DNA of 64,000 nt, taken from positions 8,660-72,659 of the forward strand of contig CAYVZJ010000001.1 in assembly GCA_964456155.1 (NCBI GenBank), in the 5' to 3' direction. Position 1 is the stretch's first letter, and each line of letters starts with the position of its first letter. Both the position numbers and the translations under genes were made by a program. This DNA is from an uncultured Sangeribacter sp. Lineage in GTDB: Bacteria > Bacteroidota > Bacteroidia > Bacteroidales > Muribaculaceae. Shown piece after piece: positions 9,091 to 19,374 of the stretch. Below the pieces are notes generated by a model. The model was not told the origin of the DNA and made no database searches. It saw only the letters and a program-made list of their open reading frames with translations.

Positions 9091-9501
9091 GCAGGTTTGG
9101 AGGTGGAGTGGGGTGAGATTTGGTGGTGTAGAAAAAATATTGTAATTTTGTATCGTTCGGGGGATGCCGTTTTTTTTTCGGAGCAAATCCGAGGTCTTTT
9201 CAGATTTTTTTTCGGCATTCTTTCGAGCAACTTACGTATTCGCGTCGGACTTCTTCACATTTTTTTGAGACGAGGATACGTAAGCCTGAGTGTTTTGAAC
9301 AGCTGTTCCCTACTCGTGAGAGCACGGGAATAGAATTTAAAAAGCGTTATACTTTTTAAAGCTATTTAATGAGTGTGAATTTAAGACGGAGTGCCTCGCG
9401 AGAGGCCCTCCGTTTGATATATTACGGATTTTTTGTATCTTTACGATTGATAAAAAACAGAGAGCCCTTGCCACAAGATGGGGGTGGAAAGATATGCGAT
9501 T

Positions 9502-12309
9502 ATGAATAAAGAGAAACGTCTTTTTTTGCTTGATGCGTATGCGCTGATATTCCGCGCGTACTACGCTCTGATCAAGATGCCACGCATCACGAAGTCGGGG
9601 TTTAATACATCTGCTATATTCGGATTTGTCAACACTCTGGAGGAGGTGATACGCAAGGAGCATCCCTCTCATATAGCAGTATGTTTTGATCCTCAGGGCC
9701 CGACATTTCGCTCCGAAGCCTTCGCTGAATATAAGGGAGAGCGCGAGGCCACTCCGGAGGATATCAAGCAGTCGATACCCATTATCAAGGATATCATCCG
9801 CGCCTATCGTATACCCATCCTCGAGGTGGAGGGATATGAGGCCGACGATGTGATCGGCACAATGGCGCGCCGCAGTGAGGCTCGCGGTTTCACTACCTAT
9901 ATGATGACGCCTGACAAGGATTTCGGTCAGTTGGTAAGCCCGGAAATACTCCAATACAAGCCGGCTTATCGCGGTCAGGACTTCGAACTGCGCGGTGAGG
10001 AGGAGGTGTGTGCGCGATACGGCATAGAGCGCACGTCGCAGGTGATAGACCTCTTGGCGCTGATGGGAGATAAGATCGACAATATTCCCGGCTGTCCGGG
10101 AGTGGGTGAAAAGACCGCTGTCAAGCTGATACAGGAATATGGAGACGTAGAGCATCTGCTGGAGAATACAGACACTCTGAAGGGGGCGCTCCGCAAGAAG
10201 GTGGAGGATAACGCCGAGCAGATACGCTTCTCAAAATATCTGGCCACCATCCGCACAGACGTGCCGATAGATGCAGAGCCGGAGGATCTGAAATTTGTAG
10301 AGCCGGATAAAGAGAAGCTCTTCGAGATATTCCGTTCGCTTGAATTCAAGTCGCTGATAGACCGTGTGGGTCGTAGGCTCGAAGGTCTTGCGGGAGAAAA
10401 AAACGGCAAGACTACGCGCCCGACTGCTACCGTCACCCCCTCTCTCTTTGATTTTGCCGATGAGGATAATGGAGAGACCGGTGTCGCCAAACCGGCTGCT
10501 GTAGAGGTGACGGAGAATTTCCGGATGGTATCCACGCCGGAGGCCTTGGTCGAGATGCAGACCGCGATGGGAGATGCTCAGGAGTGTGGCATAATGATGC
10601 TCAGCGAGGGTGAGAATGACATGACGGCACGCTGGGCGGGCACTGCTGTGGCTTTGGGAGATGGCAGGGCATGGTATATCCCTACGGCATTTGATGAGGG
10701 ACGCGGTGCTCTGCTCGACCTGTTGGCGCGTCGGGATATCCGCAAGGTGTCATGCGCGTCGAAGCGCGACTATGTGATAGCCTCTCGTTACCGTACTGAC
10801 CATGCCGAAGCCGTAGTCAATTACTTTGATGTCTCGTTGGCTCATTATCTTCTGCAGCCCGACATGCGTCATGGCATCTCCGACCTGGCATCGGGCTATC
10901 TCGGCATGTCGCTCGGACCGGAGCCTGCGCTTAGTGTACGCGGTGTGCGCGCATCGCGAGGCAAAAACGCCGCTGCTGCGGAGACTCCGGCCGAGGAATT
11001 GATGCCCTGGGCGTGTCGCGCGGCCGTGGCTACCGTGCTTTTGGCCGAGCCATTGAGCGAAGAGGTGAAGAAGCAGGGCGAATGGTCGCTGCTTGAAGGT
11101 ATAGAGTTGCCACTGAGCCGTGTGCTCGCTGAGATGGAGATTACCGGCGTGTGTCTTGACGTGACGGCACTCAATGAAGCGGCCGACGTAATCCGCGAAC
11201 GACTTGCTGCGCTCGAAGGCGAGATTTTCGAACTTGCCGGGGAGGAATTTAACGTATCGTCGCCGTCGAAGGTGGGTGAGATACTCTTTGACAAATTGCA
11301 ACTTGATGTTAAGGCCAAAAAGACCAAGACCGGCCAATATTCCACCTCGGAGGATATCTTAGAGAAGGTGGCCCATAAGAATCCGATTGTCGGTAAGATA
11401 TTGGAATACCGACAGTTGAAGAAGCTTCTTACTACCTACCTTACGGCACTTCCGGAGTCGGTCAATCCGCTTACCGGGCGTGTGCATACGGTGTATAATC
11501 AGACGGTAACGGCCACGGGGCGCATCTCCTCATCAGCGCCCAATCTTCAGAACATACCGGTGCGCGAGAGTGTAGGGCGCGAGATACGCCGCGCATTTAT
11601 CGCATCTCCGGGTAATCTCTTTCTTTCCGCCGACTATTCGCAGATAGAACTCCGTCTTGTCTCGGACTTTGCGGGCGACGAGACGATGCTCAATGCCTTC
11701 CGACACGGTGAAGACATCCATGCCATCACCGCTGCGAAGATATATCATAAGGATAATCTTGAGGATGTGACGGCAGATGAGCGGCGCGCTGCCAAGACTG
11801 CCAATTTCGGTATTCTCTACGGCATATCTGCATTCGGCCTGGCATCCCGTCTCGGCATTCCGCGCAGTGAAGCCAAAGAATTGATAGATAATTATTTTGC
11901 GACGTTTCCGACGATACATAAATACATGTCTGACTCAGTGGAGCAGGCGCGCGAGACGGGCTATGCCATCACCAAGATGGGGCGTCGGCGCTATCTGCCG
12001 GATATCAACAGCAAGAATCCCGTAGTGAGAGGATATGCCGAGCGCAACGCCATCAATGCTCCCGTGCAGGGTTCGGCCGCTGACATTATCAAGAAAGCGA
12101 TGGTGGACATCTATCGCGAGATGCAGGAGAAAGGGCTTAAATCGAAGATGATCATGCAGGTGCACGACGAATTGAATTTCGATGTAGTGCCCGCAGAGCT
12201 GCCTGTGCTCCAGGAGATGGTGGAGCGCCTGATGTCCGCAGCCTACAGCGGACGCGTACACCTGACCGCCTCCGCCGGCGTCGCCCCCAACTGGCTCGAA
12301 GCCCACTAA
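9502..12309 (+). CDS. polA: DNA polymerase I
   Basis: 5'-nuclease N-terminus MNKEKRLFLLDAYALIFRAYYA. Pol motifs LSADYSQIELR, RRAAKTANFGILYG and QVHDEL. The start is placed at the internal ATG of ORF 9478-12309. Confidence 0.95.
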   Translation: MNKEKRLFLLDAYALIFRAYYALIKMPRITKSGFNTSAIFGFVNTLEEVIRKEHPSHIAVCFDPQGPTFRSEAFAEYKGEREATPEDIKQSIPIIKDIIRAYRIPILEVEGYEADDVIGTMARRSEARGFTTYMMTPDKDFGQLVSPEILQYKPAYRGQDFELRGEEEVCARYGIERTSQVIDLLALMGDKIDNIPGCPGVGEKTAVKLIQEYGDVEHLLENTDTLKGALRKKVEDNAEQIRFSKYLATIRTDVPIDAEPEDLKFVEPDKEKLFEIFRSLEFKSLIDRVGRRLEGLAGEKNGKTTRPTATVTPSLFDFADEDNGETGVAKPAAVEVTENFRMVSTPEALVEMQTAMGDAQECGIMMLSEGENDMTARWAGTAVALGDGRAWYIPTAFDEGRGALLDLLARRDIRKVSCASKRDYVIASRYRTDHAEAVVNYFDVSLAHYLLQPDMRHGISDLASGYLGMSLGPEPALSVRGVRASRGKNAAAAETPAEELMPWACRAAVATVLLAEPLSEEVKKQGEWSLLEGIELPLSRVLAEMEITGVCLDVTALNEAADVIRERLAALEGEIFELAGEEFNVSSPSKVGEILFDKLQLDVKAKKTKTGQYSTSEDILEKVAHKNPIVGKILEYRQLKKLLTTYLTALPESVNPLTGRVHTVYNQTVTATGRISSSAPNLQNIPVRESVGREIRRAFIASPGNLFLSADYSQIELRLVSDFAGDETMLNAFRHGEDIHAITAAKIYHKDNLEDVTADERRAAKTANFGILYGISAFGLASRLGIPRSEAKELIDNYFATFPTIHKYMSDSVEQARETGYAITKMGRRRYLPDINSKNPVVRGYAERNAINAPVQGSAADIIKKAMVDIYREMQEKGLKSKMIMQVHDELNFDVVPAELPVLQEMVERLMSAAYSGRVHLTASAGVAPNWLEAH

Positions 12310-12334
12310 ACCACGGTATGTATTCGGTTGGATT

Positions 12335-12359
12335 TTGAGGTCGCAATTTGCGACCTCAA
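12335..12359 (+). terminator. hairpin after polA
   Basis: TTGAGGTCGCAA t TTGCGACCTCAA palindrome, 26 nt after the polA stop. Confidence 0.5.
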
Positions 12360-12430
12360 GCGAGGAAGGTGTTACTACAAAGAAGGTTAGTATAAATATT
12401 TGAATATAAATTTACTGAAAATGATGTGAT

Positions 12431-13365
12431 ATGGAAGGAAATGAAAATTTAAATCATGAGTATGAATACAAGGGGATGTGCCTGAACGGTTTCTTCATGA
12501 TATTCTTCACATTTATCCTTGTGCCATGTCTGATAGCGGCTTGTCTGATATGCGGCGGTGAGGATAATCTATGGCTTTCAATAGGTGGCACGGTCATCCT
12601 TGCCGTTATATTCATCTTGGGATGCGTGGGCTATTTCGTGCAGGAGCCCAATGTGGCCCGCGTGATGATTTTCTTCGGAAAATACAAGGGCACGTGCAAG
12701 AAGGTGGGATATTACTGGGTAAACCCGTTTCTTGACCGCAAGAAGCTCTCCCTGCGTATCCGCAATATGGACATAGATCCTATTAAGGTGAATGATAAGA
12801 TAGGCAACCCGGTGCTGATCGGCATGGTGTTGGTGTGGCGCATCAAGGATACGTATAAGGTAGTATTCGATCTTGACTCTCAGAGTCTCGGAGCGCAGTC
12901 ATCAATTGATAATCACGCACTCTCCACGTTTGTGCGTATCCAGAGTGATGCGGCTCTAAGGGAGGTGACCGGTCATTTTGCCTACGATCAGACAGACAGC
13001 CGTCATCCCGAGGAGATGACCTTGCGCGACTCCGTCAGGATATCAGCGACCTTCTGGAGAAGAAGATCAACGAGCGTCTGGCGATGGCAGGCATAGAGGT
13101 GATTGAAGCGCGTATCAACTATCTGGCGTATGCGCCGGAGATTGCAGCCGTAATGCTTCGCCGTCAGCAGGCTACGGCCATCATTACAGCACGTGAAAAG
13201 ATAGTGGAGGGTGCAGTCTCAATGGTAGAAATGGCGCTCAAGACACTTGAACAGCGAGACGTAGTGCAGCTGACAGAAGGACAGAAAGCCGCCATGGTAG
13301 GCAATCTCTTAGCCGTGCTCTGCGCCGACGAACCCCTCACCCCAACCCTAAACGCCGCCGTCTAA
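12431..13365 (+). pseudogene. SPFH/band-7 domain membrane protein interrupted by a frameshift near 13035
   Basis: ORFs 12431-13096 and 13084-13365 are the two halves of one SPFH protein. In the second frame the text continues ...DISDLLEKKINERLAMAGIEVIEARINYLAYAPEIAAVMLRRQQA. Adding one C at GTC(C)AGG (about 13034-13038) restores TLRDSVQDISDLLEKK. Confidence 0.7.
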
Positions 13366-13381
13366 TCCCGGTCGCGTCTTA

Positions 13382-14479
13382 TCAGCGGAGCTTCAGACCA
13401 TATATGGCCGAGATTACCTTGATGTATCTTGGCCATGCCAGTATGGAGTCATACTTATCTGCTGAGGCCTCTCCCATGCGTGTCCGGAGGTCGGGGTCGC
13501 TGACGAGTTGGGTCATTTGGTCGGCGAGTGTGTCGGCGTCGCCGGGCTCTACGGGGAGGGCCTCCTTTCCGGGGGTGAGGTATTCTCTCTGCGCGCCGTT
13601 GAAGGTGGTGATCTGCGGGCGTCCGAACATCATGTATTCGATATTGGCCATTCCGGCGGCTTCCGGTATTTCGGAGGGTAAGACTCCGAAGTGGCAGTTG
13701 GCTATGAGGGTGGAAGGGTCGTCGATATTTCGGCTCCAGTCGATCATGTCGAGGACGTCTTCACGGAATGCGAGGTGGCGGAGTGTGTCCAGATAGTCGG
13801 TATCTCCGGTGCCGGCGATGCGCAGTCGGAGGCGCACTTGCTTACGGCGCTTGATGATGCCCAATGCCCGGATGATGGTTTCGATGCCCTTGCCCGGGCG
13901 TATGATGCCGTGATACATGGCGGTGATGGCTCCGCGCGAGGGCGCGGGGAGTCGCTCGGGAAGGTCGGGCCGACTGTTGAGCGCTACGAACAGCCGTCGG
14001 CTGTCAAAGGGGTATCTGCCGTCGGGCCAGGAGGATAGGAAAGTATCTTTGGTGAGTCGCGACACGAAGATGTGAGCATCGACGTTGCGGTAAATCAGAC
14101 GTCTGAGCCAGTTGTTCTTACCGGGCATAGCCTTGTGTCTTGTGGCTACGATTTTTACGTCCGGTCGCTTGGCGAGACGACGCGCGATGATGGCGGAGAG
14201 AGCGTCGATATAGCGGTGCACGTGTATTACCGTCTCCTTATCGGGAGCCTCGTCAAGGATTTTGCGCAGCGTCAGCGCAGAGAAGATGTCGGGATATTCT
14301 CGCAACGGGGCGTGTCGCAGCTTGATACCGTCTCTTCCGAACTGGTCGTCTATAGCCTTGGCATCGCGTGTGAGTGCGATAACCTCATTGCCGCTCCGGG
14401 CGAAGTGCCGGCAGATGTCAAGAGCGTATCTTTCCCTTCCTCCTATGCTTCCCGCGCCAATGATGTGTATCAGCCTCAT
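13382..14479 (-). CDS. glycosyltransferase family 4 (GT-B, group 1)
   Basis: 365-aa ORF. N-terminal IGGRERYALDI and C-terminal PSEIPEAAGMANIEYMMFGRP (EX7E-type region). Confidence 0.8.
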   Translation of the reverse strand: MRLIHIIGAGSIGGRERYALDICRHFARSGNEVIALTRDAKAIDDQFGRDGIKLRHAPLREYPDIFSALTLRKILDEAPDKETVIHVHRYIDALSAIIARRLAKRPDVKIVATRHKAMPGKNNWLRRLIYRNVDAHIFVSRLTKDTFLSSWPDGRYPFDSRRLFVALNSRPDLPERLPAPSRGAITAMYHGIIRPGKGIETIIRALGIIKRRKQVRLRLRIAGTGDTDYLDTLRHLAFREDVLDMIDWSRNIDDPSTLIANCHFGVLPSEIPEAAGMANIEYMMFGRPQITTFNGAQREYLTPGKEALPVEPGDADTLADQMTQLVSDPDLRTRMGEASADKYDSILAWPRYIKVISAIYGLKLR

Positions 14480-14489
14480 GCAGGGCTAC

Positions 14490-15668
14490 TTAATTTTTGA
14501 CTGCGAGCATCATTTTGATGTCGATGGAGGGGAGTCCGAGATAGCTTCCTATGAGCTTGTCGCAGAGTCGGCCACGATAGGTGACGATGCCGCTCTGTAC
14601 GCCGTCGGTAGACATCAGCATACCTTCAAATCCGTTTTTGATTATCATCTCCTGCATGAAGTTGACCAGGACATTGCTGAGAGCCATGGCGACGGTGCGC
14701 GGCACGGAGACGGAGGGATGAGAGTCTTTGAAATTGAGCAGGAAGGCAGTATCCTTCATGGCGCGGGTCAGCTTATTGGGGAAGGTGAAGGGTCGTGTGG
14801 TCTCACCGATGATGAGCACGTCGGCCGACTTGGCTTTATTGTATAGCACGCGCGGATGAACCGCGAGCGTGATTAGCGATGGGCCGCAGATGCGCTGTGA
14901 GTAAGCGAGGTCGGAGACGTCATTATTGATAAGGGTGACGATGGCTCCGGAAGCGATGGCCGCAGATGCAGCCGCATTGATAGTGGTGCCATGCCCGATG
15001 AGCAACACTTCGCAGGGATTGATACCGGCAACGCCGGCCAGCAATACGCCTTTTCCTCCACCGAGGAACGAGAGATGATCCTGAGCATACATGATAGCCG
15101 CCCTGCCGTCTATCTCGTTGATGATGTCAGCGAAGACGGGCTCATTATTGAGGCTATACATATTGTCGAGACAGCCGAGTGTGATTTCCTGGTCGAGCAG
15201 CGCCTTGATGGTGTCGGCTTTGAAAAGCTCGTCGCCCATCATGCAGAGCAGGGTGGCTCCCCGGCGCATCTTGGCTACGTCTGCGGCGTTGAGCGGCGCG
15301 AAACTTACCACTACGTCACATTTGAGCGACTCCTCGCGCGTGGCGACAGTGACGCCGTATTCAGCGTATGCCATGTCGGAGAAACTGATATCCACGCCGG
15401 CTCCGGCCTCCATGATGAGGGTGAGTCCGGAAGAGGTGAGCATGCCGCATGCCTCCGGGGTGAGCAGGAAGCGGGTCTCTTCGGTGTCGGCATAATTGGC
15501 CGGCAAGCCTATAGAGGTGCCACCATTCTTATTTTCAATATCACTCGGTTTGAGTTCTGTCTCCAGTATCTCGATAATTTTCTCGTCCATGGCGATGTTT
15601 ATTTCTGTTTCAATAGCAAATTTAACAAAATCTTTAGAAATTGAATCATCCGATGCCTTTTTTTTCAT
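14490..15668 (-). CDS. alanine dehydrogenase/PNT-family NAD(P)-binding protein
   Basis: Rossmann segment VLLIGHGTTINAAASAAIASGAIVTLI and overall AlaDH/PNT-like layout. The start is placed at MKKKASDD because ORF start 15698 would overlap the divergent gene. Confidence 0.6.
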   Translation of the reverse strand: MKKKASDDSISKDFVKFAIETEINIAMDEKIIEILETELKPSDIENKNGGTSIGLPANYADTEETRFLLTPEACGMLTSSGLTLIMEAGAGVDISFSDMAYAEYGVTVATREESLKCDVVVSFAPLNAADVAKMRRGATLLCMMGDELFKADTIKALLDQEITLGCLDNMYSLNNEPVFADIINEIDGRAAIMYAQDHLSFLGGGKGVLLAGVAGINPCEVLLIGHGTTINAAASAAIASGAIVTLINNDVSDLAYSQRICGPSLITLAVHPRVLYNKAKSADVLIIGETTRPFTFPNKLTRAMKDTAFLLNFKDSHPSVSVPRTVAMALSNVLVNFMQEMIIKNGFEGMLMSTDGVQSGIVTYRGRLCDKLIGSYLGLPSIDIKMMLAVKN

Positions 15669-15680
15669 TACTTTTGTGGA

Positions 15681-18600
15681 ATGGGATCTAAAGTGCAAGC
15701 AATACTGGTGGAAAAATCGTATGAAGGAATGGCGCGACAGTCAAAGATGTGGCGCCGGCTTGCATCATGGCTTGCCTTTGCGTTGGCGCTGCTCGTGTAT
15801 TGTCTCACTCTCGAGCCGGGCGCGTCGTATTGGGATTGCCCCGAATATGTAGTGACGGCGTGGCGTCTTGAGCCGGGTCATCCCCCGGGCAATCCTTTGT
15901 GGACGCTGACTGCCAGAATGTTTACGATACTCGGCGTAACTGCGGAGAATGCCGCCGTTGCCGTTAATCTCTCCTCTGCTCTCTTTATGGCCGGGGGTGT
16001 GGGGATACTTGCCTCGACGCTTTTCTACACACTGCGTCTCACGCTGTTGCGCCGCCGCAACCTTCTCAATCTTCGCCTTACCGCACTCTTCAGTCTATGC
16101 GGAGCCCTCTGTTTCGGTTGGGCCGACTCCCCGTGGTATTCTGCTGTGGAGGCGGAGGTATACGCCATGTCTCTCTTTCTCACGGCCCTGAGTGTGCGTC
16201 TGATGATAGTCTGGGCTCTTATGCGTGATAGGCTAAAGGCTCGGCGATATCTTCTTCTTGTGGTGTATCTTACCGGCCTCTCATTGGGTGTGCATCAGCT
16301 CAATCTGCTTGTGCTGCCGGTGCTTGTGCTGATATGGTATTTCCGGCGTAATGCCCGCAGGACAGCATGGCGCACGGCTCTTTGGCTCCTCATCTCATTC
16401 GGCTTCGTGGGCGCGATACTATTAGTGATGATGCCGGGCGTGATGTGGCTATGCGGAGAATGTGAGTGGCTGTGTGTCAATCATCTGCACATGCCTTATC
16501 ATAGCGGTGTGATAATCTGCATGGCTCTTCTATCGGTAATCTCTCTCTCGCTTCCTATAGCGTTCCGTGGCACACGCTTACAGACTCGTTCATGGGTGCC
16601 TGTGCTTCTTCTTACCGGTTATTCGGTGTTTTTTATTCTTTTGATAAGGGGAGCTGCCAACCCTCCGATGAATGAGGGTGCACCCTCCGATATCTACTCC
16701 TTAGCCTCGTATCTTGACCGCGACCAATATGGCAAAGTGCCGTTATTCTACGGCAGGACGCCTTACAGCAGGCCTCTGCGAATAGAAGCTATCGACTCAT
16801 TGGGAAATCCGTCTTATAATCGTTATGCCACTCGCAAACTGAAGGACCGTATCGCGCGGACAACGTCGGAAGAGGGTTATCCCTGCTATGTGAAATATGG
16901 CGAGCGGATAGAATATATCTATCCCCCGGAACTTAATATGGTGCTTCCACGCCTTGTGAGCAGCAATCCCGACGATATGGCCGCCTATGGTGATTGGGCG
17001 GGTATGACGCCGGAGACTATGGAAAGCGTGGAGGTGAGTTATGCGCTTGACAGCCTGGGCAACGCGGTGGGTAAGTTACAGCCGGACGGCACCCGAGTAA
17101 AGGAGCGCGCGTATAGGCCGACGTATCTGCAGCAGTTGCAATATCTTACATGCTATCAGATAGGGTATATGTATCTGAGATATCTGTTGTGGAACTTCAG
17201 CGGGCGTCAGAATGACCGTTTTGCAGTCGGTGAGGTGGAGCACGGCAACTTCCTCACGGGCTTTGCTCCGATAGATGACGCTATGCTCGGCCCGCAATCG
17301 TTGATGCCCGAGGAGATAGGGCATGGCAATGCCGGGCATAACGTATATTTCATGATACCTCTGCTGTTAGGGATAGCAGGTATTTTCTGTCTGAGTGGCG
17401 GCAAAGGAAGGGATGGCCGGATAAAGTCGCGTGTGAACTTCCTGATATTCATACTTTTCTTTATGACAGGGCTGGCCATCGTGCTTTATATCAACCAGAG
17501 TCCTCGCGAGCCGCGTGAGCGCGACTATTCCTATCTCGGTTCGCTCTGGGCTTACGCGCTATGGATAGGAGCCGGTATGGCCGGAATGTGGAGCGGTAGC
17601 CGACGTATCCACCGGCGACTTTGGAGGAAAATTGCCGGGTGGAGCACAATTGTCATCGCTGTGGCGACACCCCTGTGGATGCTCTATCAGAATTATGATG
17701 ACCATGATCGTAACGGTCGGAAGGCTGTGGAGGCTTACGCCGGCAATCTGTTGCGTTCACTTGAGCAGGATGCCATTATCTTTGTAAACGGCGACAATCA
17801 TACCTTCCCTCTCTGGTATATGCAGGAGGTGATGGGTGTAAGACGCGATGTGACAGTGATAAACATGGCATATCTCACCACCCCGTGGTATCAGATACAG
17901 ATGATGCGCCCCGGCGAGCAATCGCGTCCGGTTGCTACGCAAGCCCGTCCGGAGGATATCGCTTACGGGGCCTTCTCTCACGTCTATTTCCGTCAGCCTG
18001 TGGCGGTCGACACGCTGAAGGCCAAGGATGGAGTAAGGGCATTGAAAGAGATGTATGGAGCCGGAGCGAAATATCCGTCACTTCCGGCCGTGATGAAGAT
18101 TACCTCTGCAGCGGGCGACTCTATATTAGTGGCTGCTTCAGCTGTGAGTGGCGGCAAGGGTTCGATAGATGCCGCATCGCTCATGATGCTTGATATCGTA
18201 GCGACCAACGCCTCATCGGCTCACCCCCGTCCGATATATTGGCATGACCTGCTTCCCCAATCATCATACGCCGGAATGTATCCGTATACGGTCAGGGAGA
18301 TGCAGACCCGCAAATTTGCTTTTCATCCTGACACGCTGAATGATATGCTGCAGGCTTCCGGATTTGTCATGGAGAGCGGAGGCGCAGACCGTAAAGGCTT
18401 TTATGCCGATGCCACTACGGGGACGATGATTTCTCGTCAGCGTATGGGAATGGTGAGAATGGCTGCAAGATTGCTGAGAGCAGGCGAAGCGGAGGCAGCG
18501 CTCCGGCTGGCCCGGGAGTCGCAGCGACTCTTCCCGCCGGAAGTGTGGGAATATCAGATAATATATGATTCTGACTCGACACATCATGAGGGCTTTGAGC

Positions 18601-18788
18601 TTTCGGAAGTAATATTACGTGCCGGCCGGGAACTGGGCGATACTGCAGCCGTGAAGGAGGGAGAGCGGCTGCGCGACCGTGAGGCGGCGCGCTATGCCGA
18701 GTGGTATCGCTATCGGGAGGCGCTTCCGAAGAGACTGCGAAATGTCATGACGTCAAAAAATCTTCGCAAAGCGCGCTACGGACGTTAG
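15681..18788 (+). CDS. DUF2723 domain membrane protein (GT-C-like, TMEM260-type)
   Basis: Hallmark YWDCPEYVVTAWRLEPGHPPGNPLW followed by many TM helices and a long C-terminal domain. The start is uncertain (ATG alternatives at 15729 and 15750). Confidence 0.8.
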   Translation: MGSKVQAILVEKSYEGMARQSKMWRRLASWLAFALALLVYCLTLEPGASYWDCPEYVVTAWRLEPGHPPGNPLWTLTARMFTILGVTAENAAVAVNLSSALFMAGGVGILASTLFYTLRLTLLRRRNLLNLRLTALFSLCGALCFGWADSPWYSAVEAEVYAMSLFLTALSVRLMIVWALMRDRLKARRYLLLVVYLTGLSLGVHQLNLLVLPVLVLIWYFRRNARRTAWRTALWLLISFGFVGAILLVMMPGVMWLCGECEWLCVNHLHMPYHSGVIICMALLSVISLSLPIAFRGTRLQTRSWVPVLLLTGYSVFFILLIRGAANPPMNEGAPSDIYSLASYLDRDQYGKVPLFYGRTPYSRPLRIEAIDSLGNPSYNRYATRKLKDRIARTTSEEGYPCYVKYGERIEYIYPPELNMVLPRLVSSNPDDMAAYGDWAGMTPETMESVEVSYALDSLGNAVGKLQPDGTRVKERAYRPTYLQQLQYLTCYQIGYMYLRYLLWNFSGRQNDRFAVGEVEHGNFLTGFAPIDDAMLGPQSLMPEEIGHGNAGHNVYFMIPLLLGIAGIFCLSGGKGRDGRIKSRVNFLIFILFFMTGLAIVLYINQSPREPRERDYSYLGSLWAYALWIGAGMAGMWSGSRRIHRRLWRKIAGWSTIVIAVATPLWMLYQNYDDHDRNGRKAVEAYAGNLLRSLEQDAIIFVNGDNHTFPLWYMQEVMGVRRDVTVINMAYLTTPWYQIQMMRPGEQSRPVATQARPEDIAYGAFSHVYFRQPVAVDTLKAKDGVRALKEMYGAGAKYPSLPAVMKITSAAGDSILVAASAVSGGKGSIDAASLMMLDIVATNASSAHPRPIYWHDLLPQSSYAGMYPYTVREMQTRKFAFHPDTLNDMLQASGFVMESGGADRKGFYADATTGTMISRQRMGMVRMAARLLRAGEAEAALRLARESQRLFPPEVWEYQIIYDSDSTHHEGFELSEVILRAGRELGDTAAVKEGERLRDREAARYAEWYRYREALPKRLRNVMTSKNLRKARYGR

Positions 18789-18840
18789 ACGGAAGAGTGT
18801 GTGGGGGATGGGAAATTAAAATCTATAAAACAATTCTGAG

Positions 18841-19374
18841 ATGACAATATTTCTTACGGGCTATATGGCTTCGGGTAAAACGACGTTGGGCAGGGCGCTG
18901 GCGCGTGCTACGGGTATGCCTTTTTACGATCTGGACTTCTGCATAGAGCAGCGTTTCAGGCGTAAGGTGAGCGAGATATTTGCTGAGAAAGGAGAGGCGG
19001 AATTTCGCCGGATGGAGTCGATGATGCTTCGCGAAGTGGGAGAACTGGAGGATGTTATCATATCTTGTGGAGGAGGCACGCCGTGTCATAATGATAACAT
19101 GGCGTATATGAACAGCCGTGGTGTGACGCTATTTCTTGAGGCGCCGGTGGAGGTGATAGTTCGCCGTCTGCTGCAAGGCGGCTCAAAACGCCCTATTACG
19201 GCGAAATATAGCGCGGAGGAGTTGCCGGCGTTTGTGACCGGTCATCTTGAAGAGCGCCGTCCGTATTATGAAGCGGCACAGAGACGCGTGGATTGCTCGG
19301 ATTTAGAGTCGCGTCAGGCTATAGATACCGCTGTCAGCCGACTTGCTGCGGAGTTGGGGTTAAAGTGTTCATAG
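18841..19374 (+). CDS. aroK: shikimate kinase
   Basis: 177 aa. Walker A IFLTGYMASGKTTLGRALA and the core ISCGGGTP. Confidence 0.9.
   Translation: MTIFLTGYMASGKTTLGRALARATGMPFYDLDFCIEQRFRRKVSEIFAEKGEAEFRRMESMMLREVGELEDVIISCGGGTPCHNDNMAYMNSRGVTLFLEAPVEVIVRRLLQGGSKRPITAKYSAEELPAFVTGHLEERRPYYEAAQRRVDCSDLESRQAIDTAVSRLAAELGLKCS

Noticed and set aside
8800-9333. 177-aa plus-strand ORF
   Set aside because: It is antisense to the rubrerythrin remnant and runs into non-coding sequence. It has no motif and no credible start context.
9337-10155. 272-aa minus-strand ORF overlapping the polA start
   Set aside because: It is antisense to the well-supported polA 5'-nuclease domain, so it is a shadow ORF.
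14262-15644. Several 130-217-aa plus-strand ORFs (14262-14846, 14991-15644, 15091-15495)
   Set aside because: They are antisense to the glycosyltransferase and AlaDH/PNT-family genes in GC-rich DNA, which makes them typical shadow ORFs without motifs.
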